A DNA stretch of 64,000 nt from Candidatus Magasanikiibacteriota bacterium (GTDB lineage: Bacteria > Patescibacteriota > Patescibacteriia > Magasanikbacterales > 2-02-FULL-50-9b). The stretch covers positions 4,214-68,213 of the forward strand of contig JAHFHU010000004.1 in NCBI GenBank assembly GCA_023246755.1. Direction: 5' to 3'. A model generated the notes under the pieces. It was not told the DNA's origin. It saw nothing but the letters and a program-made list of their open reading frames with translations, and did not search any database. This document shows, one piece after another, positions 18,201-27,176 of this stretch (the stretch's first letter is position 1; each line of letters opens with the position of its first letter). Both the position numbers and the translations under genes were made by a program.

Positions 18201-18356
18201 CTATTTCGTTTCCTTGTGCGGCGTGTGCTTTGCGCAATACTTGCACAACTTTTTGAGCTCGAGACGATTTTTGAGCTTTTTCTTATTGCGTGATGTGTAG
18301 TGCGTAACGCGCTTGCAGACCGTGCATTCCATTTTGGCGAGATTGTCTTGTGACAT
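18201..18356 (-). CDS. rpmG: 50S ribosomal protein L33
   Basis: Not in the ORF track (51 aa). Translation MSQDNLAKMECTVCKRVTHYTSRNKKKLKNRLELKKLCKYCAKHTPHKETK has CxxC...CxxC zinc ribbon and the KETK C-terminus typical of L33. Confidence 0.85.
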   Translation of the reverse strand: MSQDNLAKMECTVCKRVTHYTSRNKKKLKNRLELKKLCKYCAKHTPHKETK

Positions 18357-18361
18357 AGTAG

Positions 18362-18622
18362 TTAATATATTTCTGTATAATCTTTTGCGAAATGTACTTT
18401 TGTGTGTTGATTGTTTTTCGGGACAGCAACCCGTAAATTAATGACACACTTTTCTTTTGCTTCCTCGATCGAAACGAAGAAAATCATCTGACTCATCGGA
18501 TCATAAACCGCAAAGTAATCGATCTCTTCTGCAGCACCCGCCAACCCTTGCGCATCAAACACGTTGCAACAGCTAATTCTCCTATCGCACCCTTCTCCTT
18601 TTTGTGCATAGAACCCATCCAT
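18362..18622 (-). CDS. hypothetical small protein (86 aa), 5 nt upstream of rpmG
   Basis: ORF only. No TM (so not SecE). Placement suggests co-transcription with rpmG. Confidence 0.3.
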   Translation of the reverse strand: MDGFYAQKGEGCDRRISCCNVFDAQGLAGAAEEIDYFAVYDPMSQMIFFVSIEEAKEKCVINLRVAVPKNNQHTKVHFAKDYTEIY

Positions 18623-18637
18623 TAATTTTGCTTCGAA

Positions 18638-18709
18638 AGCCGAAGGTGGGATTCGAACCCACGGTCTACGGTTTACAAAACCGTTGCATTACCGCTATGC
18701 TACTTCGGC
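18638..18709 (-). tRNA. tRNA-Thr (anticodon UGU)
   Basis: Reverse complement GCCGAAGTAGCATAGCGGTAATGCAACGGTTTTGTAAACCGTAGACCGTGGGTTCGAATCCCACCTTCGGCT. Anticodon loop TTTGTAA, T-loop TTCGAAT. CCA not encoded. Confidence 0.8.
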
Positions 18710-18789
18710 ATTTTACTTGCACATAGTATCATAGAACTCCCCATTTGGTCAATATAAAGTAGATCCACCCGCGTCGCTACTCAAACAAA

Positions 18790-18822
18790 TCAAAAATTAC
18801 CACCCCTTCGGGTGGTAATTTT
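18790..18822 (-). terminator. palindromic hairpin / terminator downstream of the minus-strand tRNA cluster
   Basis: aattaccaccc-cttcg-ggtggtaatt forms a perfect 11-bp stem, with T/A-rich flanks on both sides. Confidence 0.5.
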
Positions 18823-18825
18823 GTT

Positions 18826-18908
18826 TGGGTGGAGAAGGATTCGAACCTTCGAAGGCGAAAGCCAACAGATTTACAGTCTGCCGTGTTTGACCGCTTCACT
18901 ATCCACCC
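18826..18908 (-). tRNA. tRNA-Tyr (anticodon GUA), long variable arm
   Basis: Reverse complement GGGTGGATAGTGAAGCGGTCAAACACGGCAGACTGTAAATCTGTTGGCTTTCGCCTTCGAAGGTTCGAATCCTTCTCCACCCA. Anticodon loop CTGTAAA, class II variable arm. Confidence 0.8.
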
Positions 18909-19071
18909 ACATTTAATTTTTCTGTGGTTTCTGGTTATTTTTTGTGAGACTGCGCAGGCGCTGCGGGCCAGTGTCGCGCAGAGCGCGACGAGCAGCGCCG
19001 AGGAAGTTCTGAAATTTCTGCTGAGAAATTTCAGGTTGGTCTCACAAAAAATAACCAGAAACAGACACTGG
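18909..19071 (-). ncRNA. GC-rich highly structured spacer between tRNA-Thr(GGU) and tRNA-Tyr; candidate small RNA or processing element of unknown class
   Basis: 24-bp perfect long-range stem (gtttctggttattttttgtgagac at 18924-18947 pairs with gtctcacaaaaaataaccagaaac at 19038-19061) closes an 88-nt GC-rich interior. The interior holds nested hairpins gcgctgc..[gtcgcgc-aga-gcgcgac]..gcagcgc and ctgaaatttc-tgctga-gaaatttcag. Confidence 0.3.
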
Positions 19072-19144
19072 AGCCGTTGATCGGATTTGAACCGATGACC
19101 TACTCCTTACCATGGAGTTGCTCTACCAACTGAGCTACAACGGC
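19072..19144 (-). tRNA. tRNA-Thr (anticodon GGU)
   Basis: Reverse complement GCCGTTGTAGCTCAGTTGGTAGAGCAACTCCATGGTAAGGAGTAGGTCATCGGTTCAAATCCGATCAACGGCT. Anticodon loop ATGGTAA. Confidence 0.8.
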
Positions 19145-19152
19145 GAATTCTA

Positions 19153-20058
19153 TCACATCCCTTCAATTCGCGCCTCCCATTCCCCCAACTTCTGATTTTC
19201 TGGATTTGCCTCTCGAAGTTGTAAAAACGCCTCGCGCGCCAAACGCTTATCGCCTGATATTATACTAATTTCTACGAGTTGGTCAAGCACCTTCGGATTA
19301 TGAGGTTCGATTTCGACCGCTTTTTTAAAAGCACCGATCGCTTCAGCGACGCCGCCCATCTCACGATAGCAATCGCCCAAATCAATCCATCGCTTCGCTA
19401 AGTGCGGATTAACCTTTAACGCGTGCTTGAATGCTGCCGACGCTTCAGCCCATTTAGCTTGCGCTTTGAGCGCGCGCCCCAAAAATGCCCACGCAAGTTC
19501 GACGACCGCATCAAGATGTTCGACCACATGTCGCATCGCCTCTTCCGCCTCATTCCACCGATCTTGATTAAAATATGTTTTACCAAGCCCGATATATGCA
19601 CTCACATTTTTTGGATCTAACGAAATAATTTCAACATAAATTTTTTCTGATTCTGTGTAACGTCCCGCACGCCGATGTTCGTCACCTTGCTCTAATAATT
19701 TGAGCAGGTGTGCACGTCGATCGTGGCGGCTTCTGCTTTTCCATTCGGTCCATTTTTGTTTCCATTCTTGATGTCGCACGTGATCAGCGATGTTGTTCGC
19801 AAAATTTCTAAATGAGCGTTGAAAAAATTCCCAACCACGCGCGATGGGACCAAAATATTCGCGCGCTCGCAAACCAAATTTTTTCAAATTTCGTTGAATG
19901 CGACCAACAACAAGCGCGTGCTTCGTCGTTTTTTCATGCGCCCGCGGAATAGAAGCCTCGTCAAAACCAGCGAGCGCTTCAAAATGACGCGTAACTAAAA
20001 TGGCTACCGCGGCCAACGATGCAAAAAACGTGATGATAAAAAAAATTAACCATGTCAT
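19153..20058 (-). CDS. membrane-anchored tetratricopeptide (TPR) repeat protein
   Basis: N-terminal TM helix MTWLIFFIITFFASLAAVAILV, then repeated A..Y..G/LG..Y 34-residue units (AYIGLGKTYF, WAFLGRALKAQAKWAEA, DLGDCYREMGGVAEA). Confidence 0.65.
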   Translation of the reverse strand: MTWLIFFIITFFASLAAVAILVTRHFEALAGFDEASIPRAHEKTTKHALVVGRIQRNLKKFGLRAREYFGPIARGWEFFQRSFRNFANNIADHVRHQEWKQKWTEWKSRSRHDRRAHLLKLLEQGDEHRRAGRYTESEKIYVEIISLDPKNVSAYIGLGKTYFNQDRWNEAEEAMRHVVEHLDAVVELAWAFLGRALKAQAKWAEASAAFKHALKVNPHLAKRWIDLGDCYREMGGVAEAIGAFKKAVEIEPHNPKVLDQLVEISIISGDKRLAREAFLQLREANPENQKLGEWEARIEGM

Positions 20059-20801
20059 ATCGCTTTCGCCTGAATTATTTTTGACATTCGACCGAGCATC
20101 TCACTGCATCCAACAAACGTTGTTGATGCAGATCCAACCAACACGCCACGCGTATTTTCAAGATTGATAAATGCGGCGATATTTTTTTCATTCACACTGC
20201 CACCATAACAAATTGGCACACCGCGCACCTCACGCGCAATCGACGCGTGCATGTGTTCGGCCTCGTGCGGCTCAATCGCAAGCCCTGTTCCGATCGCCCA
20301 TCGTGGCTCATACGCAATGAGTGCGGGTGTCACGCCCTGCACCACACGAAGTTGCTCGCGCACAACCTCGCCCGCCCGCGCCGCGTGTCGCTCATCCTGC
20401 GTTTCACCAACGCAATAAATAATCCCCAACCCCGCCTTATGTGCGGCAGAAATTTTTTTCGACAGCATCATGGCGTCTTCATTAAAAAATTGCCTGCGCT
20501 CCGCGTGTCCAATAATCACGTATCGCGCACCCATTTTTTTTAACTCACTCGACGAGATTCCACCCGTAAACGCACCCGCATCTGCTATTCCACAATCTTG
20601 TGCCGCAATTTTTATCTTTGATCGTGACTGTTTCACGAGCGCGCTGACCGACGACAACGCAAGCATCGATGGCGCCACGATAATTTCGATGTCGCGCAAA
20701 ATTTTATTGCCCCGTTCGTAGCGAATTAATTGACGGATCAATTGCTCGCTTTTTGCAACGGACAAATACATTTTCCAGTTCGCAACAAAATATCGTTTCA
20801 T
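20055..20801 (-). CDS. tpiA: triosephosphate isomerase
   Basis: VANWKMY (GNWKMN motif), IIGHAERR (catalytic His/Glu region), YEPRWAIGTG (AYEPVWAIGTG). 248 aa. Confidence 0.9.
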   Translation of the reverse strand: MKRYFVANWKMYLSVAKSEQLIRQLIRYERGNKILRDIEIIVAPSMLALSSVSALVKQSRSKIKIAAQDCGIADAGAFTGGISSSELKKMGARYVIIGHAERRQFFNEDAMMLSKKISAAHKAGLGIIYCVGETQDERHAARAGEVVREQLRVVQGVTPALIAYEPRWAIGTGLAIEPHEAEHMHASIAREVRGVPICYGGSVNEKNIAAFINLENTRGVLVGSASTTFVGCSEMLGRMSKIIQAKAI

Positions 20802-20810
20802 ACGTCGATA

Positions 20811-22112
20811 TTATTTTGGTAACCAGGGCAACCGCGCGGCCTTAAGAAATTCAGCGCCACTCTTGTACGGGCCGATGACCCCCATCTTTGCATTTTTGAA
20901 ATTAATAACTTCGCGAGCAACCGCATTGACGTCGGCAACCGAAACTTTCATGATGCGCTTAAACTTCTCTTCGGGAGTCTCAACTTTTTTCATCAACAAT
21001 TTTTGCTGTCCAAAAAAATCTGCAACGCGTGCAGAATCTTCAAACTGCAAAATCATTTTCCCCGCAAGATGATCTTTTGCCATCTTAACTTCCGTTTCAG
21101 TCACCCCTGTTTTCAGCAGCGTTTGCAACTCTTCATACATAACGGACATCGCCTCATTTAAACGCGATTTATCAAGCCCTGACGTGATCGTAAACGCACC
21201 GGCATCAGAATAATTTGTTACGCCGGTACGAATAATATAGCAGAGACCACGTCGCTCGCGAACGCCAATAAATAAGCGCGAGCTCATCGAACCACCCAAA
21301 ATTACATGGAGCAATAACAGCGCTGCATTTCGCGGATCATCATAATTAAATGCGGGAAATCCAAGCACCATGTGCATCTGATCCGTTTGTTTGAACATGA
21401 CTTTGACAGGATCCGGCGATGCTTTGCGTGCAGCAGTCCACGAAAACTTTTTGTGGGTGAGCTGTTTAACCCCATGCGTTTTTTCTGCACCAAAATATTT
21501 TTTGATGAGCGGACGAACTTTTTTTTCAACTTTCCCCGCAAGGACAAGAACGAGATGTTCCGGCGCGTAAAATCGTTTTTTGTATGCGATGAGCGCGCCG
21601 AGGTCCATTGATTTAATATTTTCAACCGGTCCGCCAATGCGCGCGCCGAGCATATTCCCCGCAAACATGTGCTCCTCAAACAACTCCTCAACTTTCATCG
21701 ACGGATTATCTTCGTACATGTTCAGCTCCTCAACAATCACGCCACGCTCACGCTCAAATTCCTCAGCATCAAATTTCGATTTATACAACATGTCGGACAA
21801 CAAATCGAGCGCGAGCTCTGTATGGCGCGCGGCAATCTTTACATAATACGCCGTGTGATCTTTGCTCGTAAACGCGTTGTAATCCGCACCAACAGCATCC
21901 AGTTGTTTCGATAAATCCTCTGTCTTCGGACGTTTCTCCGTTCCCTTGAACATCATGTGTTCGATAAAATGCGAACCACCCCAGAGCGGCATCGGTTCAT
22001 AACGACTACCAACTGCAAAATATGCAAGCGCGGTCACCGCCTGCGTGTCGTGGCTTGGCGCGATGATGATCCGCGTGCCGTTGCTCAGCTTATATTGCTC
22101 GAATGCAGGCAT
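20811..22112 (-). CDS. M16 family zinc peptidase (pitrilysin/insulinase-like)
   Basis: Inverted zinc motif HFIEHMMFKGT (HxxEH), downstream E in ...EELNMYEDN. 433 aa, two-domain size. Confidence 0.8.
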   Translation of the reverse strand: MPAFEQYKLSNGTRIIIAPSHDTQAVTALAYFAVGSRYEPMPLWGGSHFIEHMMFKGTEKRPKTEDLSKQLDAVGADYNAFTSKDHTAYYVKIAARHTELALDLLSDMLYKSKFDAEEFERERGVIVEELNMYEDNPSMKVEELFEEHMFAGNMLGARIGGPVENIKSMDLGALIAYKKRFYAPEHLVLVLAGKVEKKVRPLIKKYFGAEKTHGVKQLTHKKFSWTAARKASPDPVKVMFKQTDQMHMVLGFPAFNYDDPRNAALLLLHVILGGSMSSRLFIGVRERRGLCYIIRTGVTNYSDAGAFTITSGLDKSRLNEAMSVMYEELQTLLKTGVTETEVKMAKDHLAGKMILQFEDSARVADFFGQQKLLMKKVETPEEKFKRIMKVSVADVNAVAREVINFKNAKMGVIGPYKSGAEFLKAARLPWLPK

Positions 22113-22117
22113 AAAAT

Positions 22118-23488
22118 TTATTTTACTAAACGTTTTTTGATCTCATCAGCCAACTCCGTAATCGAAACCCGCGTCTGTTCCATCGTGTCGCGATCGCGAA
22201 TTGTTACACATCGATCTTCAAGCGAATCAAAATCAAACGTCACACAAAGCGGCGTTCCAATTTCGTCCTGTCGACGATATCGCTTTCCGATTGATTGTGT
22301 TTCATCGTATTCAACTGTGATGTCCGCGTTACGCAACGCTTGCGCAAGCGCACGCGCAGGCACAGACAACTCTTCTTTTTTCGAGAGCGGCAAAATTGCA
22401 ACTTTCACCGGCGCCATCCAATACGGAAATCGCATCACCACGCGCACATCCTCGTCACCAACCTCTTCGTCATACGCTTCAAGCATCGCCACCAGCACCG
22501 TTCGGTCAACACCAAACGACGGTTCGATCACATGCGGAACAATTTTTTCTTTCTGATCGTCCGGATTCGCAAATTTTAACTCCGCGCCGCTGTGCTCCTC
22601 GTGTTTACTCAAATCATAGTCCGTGCGATATGCCAATCCGTACAATTCTTTTTGCCCAAACGGATAATCATATTCAACATCAATCGTGCGTTTGGAATAA
22701 AATGCACGATCTTCGTCGGAAATTTCAACGTAATGCACGCGCTCTGATTTGATGCCAAGCAGTGCGACCCATTTTTTCATCTGCTCGAGCCACAATTCAA
22801 AATGTTCCTGCCATTCTTCGGCACGAATAAAATATTCGATCTCCATTTGTTCAAACTCGCGCTGACGAAAAATAAAGTTACCCGGGGTGATTTCATTTCG
22901 AAACGCTTTTCCAATTTGCGCGACGCCAAATGGCAACCGCCGACGCGATGTTTCCACAATATTTTTAAAATCAACAAACATCGCTTGCGCCGTTTCCGGA
23001 CGCATGTACACAACCGCGGAATCGTCCTGTACCGGCCCCAGCCATGTTCGAAGCATCATGTTAAATTGATGGGGCACAGAAAAATTTTGTTTGCCGCACA
23101 CCGAACATTTCGCTGCCAAAATATTCCAACCGCCCTCTGCGCCCGCGTCCTGCACCGCGCCATCCAGATTATCAACTCGCAATCGCGCGTGACATGATTT
23201 ACATTCGACCATGGGATCGCTAAACGTCGCAACATGACCCGTCGCCTCCCACACTTTCGGATTCATCAAAAGCGCCGCGTCAATCCCAACCATATCACCG
23301 CGCCGCGTCACAAACAATTTCCACCACATCTGTTTGATATTGTTTTTGAGCTCAACGCCGAGCGGCCCGTAATCCCATGAATTCGCGAGGCCCCCATAAA
23401 TTTCAGAACCCGGATAAATAAATCCGCGCCGTTTACACAGCGAAACCAATTTTTCCATGAGTTCTGGCCCGCGCGAAAATTCACCCAT
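22118..23488 (-). CDS. glyQS: glycine--tRNA ligase (class II, alpha2 dimeric type)
   Basis: N-terminal RRGFIYPGSEIYGGLANSWDYGPLGVELKNNIK is the hallmark of dimeric GlyRS. Class II motifs. C-terminal anticodon-binding domain VAILPL. Start may be the internal MEKLV (23458). Confidence 0.85.
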   Translation of the reverse strand: MGEFSRGPELMEKLVSLCKRRGFIYPGSEIYGGLANSWDYGPLGVELKNNIKQMWWKLFVTRRGDMVGIDAALLMNPKVWEATGHVATFSDPMVECKSCHARLRVDNLDGAVQDAGAEGGWNILAAKCSVCGKQNFSVPHQFNMMLRTWLGPVQDDSAVVYMRPETAQAMFVDFKNIVETSRRRLPFGVAQIGKAFRNEITPGNFIFRQREFEQMEIEYFIRAEEWQEHFELWLEQMKKWVALLGIKSERVHYVEISDEDRAFYSKRTIDVEYDYPFGQKELYGLAYRTDYDLSKHEEHSGAELKFANPDDQKEKIVPHVIEPSFGVDRTVLVAMLEAYDEEVGDEDVRVVMRFPYWMAPVKVAILPLSKKEELSVPARALAQALRNADITVEYDETQSIGKRYRRQDEIGTPLCVTFDFDSLEDRCVTIRDRDTMEQTRVSITELADEIKKRLVK

Positions 23489-23498
23489 ACGATCAAAA

Positions 23499-24047
23499 TT
23501 AAATTTTCATGATCTCCGCTTCCTTATCCGCTGCAACCGATTTCAATCTATCATTATATTCTTTACACAGATGATCAAGCGACTCCATATCCGCAAATTT
23601 TTGATCTTCCGGAATTTCGCCAGAGTCTTCGGCTCTGATGATCATCGTGCGCACTTCTTCACGCGATTGACGAATTCGGATGCGCGCCTCTTCTTCTTTT
23701 TGGCCCACAATTTTAACCAAACTCCGTCGATTTTCCTCGGTCATCGGCGGCATCACGATGCGAACAACTTTACCATCGTTGACCGGATTAATGCCGAGCC
23801 CCGCATTTCGAATTCCCTCTTCAATTGCCTTCATTAAAGATTTATCCCACGGCTCAACGGCGAGTGATTTTGCATCCGTCACCGAAATCGATGCGACGCC
23901 TTTGACTGCCATCGGTGCACCATACGCATCAACAATAATATTTTCAACCAACGCTGGCGACGCGCGGCCCGTTCGCAGCTGCGACAACTCACCTTTCAAA
24001 AATTCAACCGTTGCCATCAATTCTTCCTGTGCTGTTTCGAGATACAT
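23499..24047 (-). CDS. frr: ribosome recycling factor
   Basis: LSQLRTGRASPALVENIIVDAYG ... RIVMPPMTEENRRSLVKIV ... ARIRIRQSREE. Start placed at MYLETAQ by alignment with RRF N-termini. The longer ORF start at 24077 would overlap the upstream gene. Confidence 0.85.
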   Translation of the reverse strand: MYLETAQEELMATVEFLKGELSQLRTGRASPALVENIIVDAYGAPMAVKGVASISVTDAKSLAVEPWDKSLMKAIEEGIRNAGLGINPVNDGKVVRIVMPPMTEENRRSLVKIVGQKEEEARIRIRQSREEVRTMIIRAEDSGEIPEDQKFADMESLDHLCKEYNDRLKSVAADKEAEIMKI

Positions 24048-24055
24048 AAATTTTT

Positions 24056-25165
24056 TTATTGTTGTGGTGGTCGCCATCCGCCGAACCAGACGAATTCTGT
24101 GTCGACTCCGTTAACGAGCCCTGAATTAACCCACAGTGTTTTAATGATGCGCGCAGTCGGAACACGTTTCGTCGCCCATGATTTTCCGCCGTCATCCGTG
24201 CGATAGAACCCTTTCGGCGTGCTGTAATAAATTCGATTTGAATTTTTTGGACTCACGGCAAGCGACAAGATTTGCGTCTCTTGTGGGCCGGTCAAGAGCT
24301 CAAGCGCTGTCCACGCAGTTCCCAAATCATCGGACCGCAAAATACCATATTTTGTTCCGATAAGCAAGCTAGTGCTCTTCGCGGGATCGAGCGCAATTGC
24401 ATAAACTTCTTCAGCGCCTGCAAACTTTTTTAGATCAACAGCTCCCCATGTCGTTCCCCCATCAAAACTCGCGCGCAACCCACCGCGCGACGTTCCCACA
24501 AAAACAGTCTGACCATTTGGATGCGCCACAATTGTTCGCACCGCGCGATCCTCAAAACGAGCGACATTTTCCCACGACGCTCCCGCATTACTACTTCGAT
24601 ACACGTTGCCTACCGTATCGCCGAGAAATAATTGTTTTGAATTTGCGGGATTAATCGCAACCGATCGTAACTGCGCATCTTTAAGATCCGTGAGCGTGTA
24701 CACAACTCCCCAATTTCGGCTGCAATCTGCGGTGCGAATCAGATAACTTTTTCCCGTCGGCGCGATGACCGTTGCGTAGACAAGACATTTATTTTCTGGA
24801 TCAACCGCGATGTTGTTAACCGAGGCTGTTGTCAATTGTAATTCCGCCGGCGCAAAATTTTTCGCCTGCTGCCATCCTTCGCCACCATCAAACGAATAAA
24901 AAATGCCATTGGCGCTCGTCCCAACCCACATCGATTTTGGATCTTTTGGATCAACGGTAAACGTGTTGACATCAAAACCACCAAACGAGAGCGGAGTTGC
25001 CGCCGTTGTCAAAACACGACTCTGCGCGGTCCATGTATTGCCCCCATCAACCGAACGAAACAGACCACCATCCGGGCCTTGCGATCCGGACGAGGCGCCA
25101 CAGCCCGCACCAAGAACGGTGAGCGCCGCACCGATGACTAAAATCTTGCCAAGAGTTGTTTGCAT
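24056..25165 (-). CDS. lipoprotein with BNR/Asp-box beta-propeller repeats (Ycf48/sialidase-like fold)
   Basis: Lipobox VLGAGCGASSGS. Repeated S-x-D-x-G-x-T-W units: SVDGGNTW, SFDGGEGW, SSNAGASW, SFDGGTTW, SDDLGTAW, TDDGGKSW. Confidence 0.7.
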   Translation of the reverse strand: MQTTLGKILVIGAALTVLGAGCGASSGSQGPDGGLFRSVDGGNTWTAQSRVLTTAATPLSFGGFDVNTFTVDPKDPKSMWVGTSANGIFYSFDGGEGWQQAKNFAPAELQLTTASVNNIAVDPENKCLVYATVIAPTGKSYLIRTADCSRNWGVVYTLTDLKDAQLRSVAINPANSKQLFLGDTVGNVYRSSNAGASWENVARFEDRAVRTIVAHPNGQTVFVGTSRGGLRASFDGGTTWGAVDLKKFAGAEEVYAIALDPAKSTSLLIGTKYGILRSDDLGTAWTALELLTGPQETQILSLAVSPKNSNRIYYSTPKGFYRTDDGGKSWATKRVPTARIIKTLWVNSGLVNGVDTEFVWFGGWRPPQQ

Positions 25166-25189
25166 AGCATGTAAAAAGTTACCCCCAGT

Positions 25190-26074
25190 TTAGCACGAAA
25201 CAAGCTCGATTACAATTCGCTCAATCAAAAGCCGCGGGTGCATATTTTCAAACAGAAGGGGGATCGTTTTTGCGATCTGTCGGATCGCGGGATGGCTCGG
25301 CTGATCGATTGCAAGCCACGTCGCCCACCATTCGAGAATTTCCGCGAGCTCAGCGCGCGCTTCGATGTGCCGATCTTTTTTTGCAAAAAAATCCGTGATT
25401 AATTTTTCAACCGCACTCGTTGTACGACAGCGGCGAATTTCGGCGAATCGTATTCGCTCAGCAATAACGCGTTCACGAAACGTCGCGTCACGGATATAGG
25501 CAATCGCAATCCCCGGACGACCTCGTCCAATTTCGAGCGCGCTCTTAATTTCTGTTTCGTGCGCGCCACGCGATGCAAGTTCATGTCGAATCAGTGCATC
25601 GGGCACCGCCGAGAGATGCAGCCGTGCCGCACGCGATTTGATCGTCGCAAGAACACTCTCCTCATTCCGCGCAAGAATGATAAAAAAAAGGTTCGTGCCC
25701 GGCTCTTCCATGATTTTGAGCAGCGCATTGCTTGACTCTTGTTGCAACTCTTCAGCTCGTTCAATCAAAATAATCTGTGGACCCGCGTGTTGAATATGAA
25801 ACAGCGAACGAATTTCTCGAATCGCTTGAACAGGAATGACGGCGCGCGGCGCACCTGTTTTAGGATCGACGCCAGCGGTCAACCGAATAATATTGGGGTG
25901 CGTCTCGGCTCGCTCCGACGCACATCCAAGCAAGCGCGCCGCGGCAAAAAGCGCAACGGTTGTTTTCCCGACATGCGCAGGACCCGTGATGAGCAGTGTG
26001 TGGGGAAACTGCTCGAGCGCAATCGCATCAAGATAGTTCACCACGCGTTCATGTCCGATTATTTTATGTTCCAT
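25190..26074 (-). CDS. holB: DNA polymerase III subunit delta'
   Basis: HTLLITGPAHVGKTTVA Walker A-like clamp-loader box. Size 294 aa. AAA+ lid region LHLSAVPD. Confidence 0.7.
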   Translation of the reverse strand: MEHKIIGHERVVNYLDAIALEQFPHTLLITGPAHVGKTTVALFAAARLLGCASERAETHPNIIRLTAGVDPKTGAPRAVIPVQAIREIRSLFHIQHAGPQIILIERAEELQQESSNALLKIMEEPGTNLFFIILARNEESVLATIKSRAARLHLSAVPDALIRHELASRGAHETEIKSALEIGRGRPGIAIAYIRDATFRERVIAERIRFAEIRRCRTTSAVEKLITDFFAKKDRHIEARAELAEILEWWATWLAIDQPSHPAIRQIAKTIPLLFENMHPRLLIERIVIELVSC

Positions 26075-27167
26075 ATAAAACCGCGCGTGTTAATTCGGCT
26101 GTGTGTTTCCATGAAAATAGTGCGGCGCGCGCATAGCCGGACGTAATCAACGCCCCACGAAAATTTTCATCGGTGGTCGCGCGCGCGAGCAGGGCAAAAA
26201 ATTCTTCTTCGTCGTGCGCCAAAGCTGCTCCGTCGCCCGCAACTTCAGCAACCGATCCGTGCGCAAAACCAACGACCGGCAATCCGCGGGCCATGCCTTC
26301 CAAAAAATTAAATCCAAACCCTTCGTAACGCGTCGGGAGCGCGAGCACGCGCGCGTGTCGGTAAAGATTCTCCAACACTTCCGGCGACGTGAATCCGAGC
26401 AGATGAATGTCTTGGATAAATTCCGAACGCGAAACCTGCGCTAAAATTTTCTCAAACCCAACGCCGTGCGCGCCCGCAAACACGAGATCAACCGCGTGCC
26501 CCTGTTCACGCATGTGCTCAAACGCGCGAATCAAAATATCAGAACCTTTTTTGTATTCAACACGGCCAACCGCGAGAATAAACGGGTGTGAAAACGGCGG
26601 CGTTTGTGCTCCCGTACTCGTTTGCTGCTGTGCGCCCCGCGGCAACGCAAACGGCGTTACAACAATTTTTTCGACTGAAATTTTGTAGCGCGCGACGAGT
26701 TGTGATTGCGTCTCAACCGACGGCACGATAATTTTTCTTGCACGCACAGCATTGATCCGCGTCATCACACGCGCGAACATCCGTTCACGCCACGAAAATG
26801 CTTCGGGTAAAAATTCAAACGCAATATCATGAATCACCACAACTGAATTTTGGGGTGAAAAAAATGGTGCGACGTGTGCCGGTGAAAAAAACACGGCATC
26901 TTTTTTCGACGCGCGCGCCCATGCCCACGCGAGACACGCTTGTGTCCACAAAAATTTCGGTGGCCACCGCAAAATTTTCCATGTCACCCGATCTGTCGCG
27001 ACTAATTGAGGAAAAACTTCAGCGATGCGATGTGCAGCGTAATTCGGCGCATACAATACAAATTCTCCACCTCCCGCAACAAGATGTTCGATAATTTCTC
27101 GCGCATAAACGTTCACACCCGTTGGTTGCGCATCGAGCGCGCGCGACGCATCAATATGCACGATCAT
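26064..27167 (-). CDS. glycosyltransferase family 4 (GT-B, retaining)
   Basis: C-terminal EGFGFNFLEGMARGLPVV is an E-x7-E GT4 signature. 367 aa. Confidence 0.8.
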   Translation of the reverse strand: MIVHIDASRALDAQPTGVNVYAREIIEHLVAGGGEFVLYAPNYAAHRIAEVFPQLVATDRVTWKILRWPPKFLWTQACLAWAWARASKKDAVFFSPAHVAPFFSPQNSVVVIHDIAFEFLPEAFSWRERMFARVMTRINAVRARKIIVPSVETQSQLVARYKISVEKIVVTPFALPRGAQQQTSTGAQTPPFSHPFILAVGRVEYKKGSDILIRAFEHMREQGHAVDLVFAGAHGVGFEKILAQVSRSEFIQDIHLLGFTSPEVLENLYRHARVLALPTRYEGFGFNFLEGMARGLPVVGFAHGSVAEVAGDGAALAHDEEEFFALLARATTDENFRGALITSGYARAALFSWKHTAELTRAVLYGT

Positions 27168-27176
27168 AATTAAAAA

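Noticed and set aside
18909-19071. Possibility that the GC-rich structured spacer is SRP (4.5S) RNA
   Set aside because: No GGAA-tetraloop helix-8 motif with the conserved AGCAGCC / GGCAG asymmetric loops. Size and loop sequences do not fit the SRP RNA consensus.
18829-19080. 83-aa plus-strand ORF spanning the tRNA-Tyr / tRNA-Thr region
   Set aside because: Overlaps two confidently folded tRNA genes and the structured GC-rich spacer on the opposite strand. The reading frame is a by-product of the palindromic RNA element.
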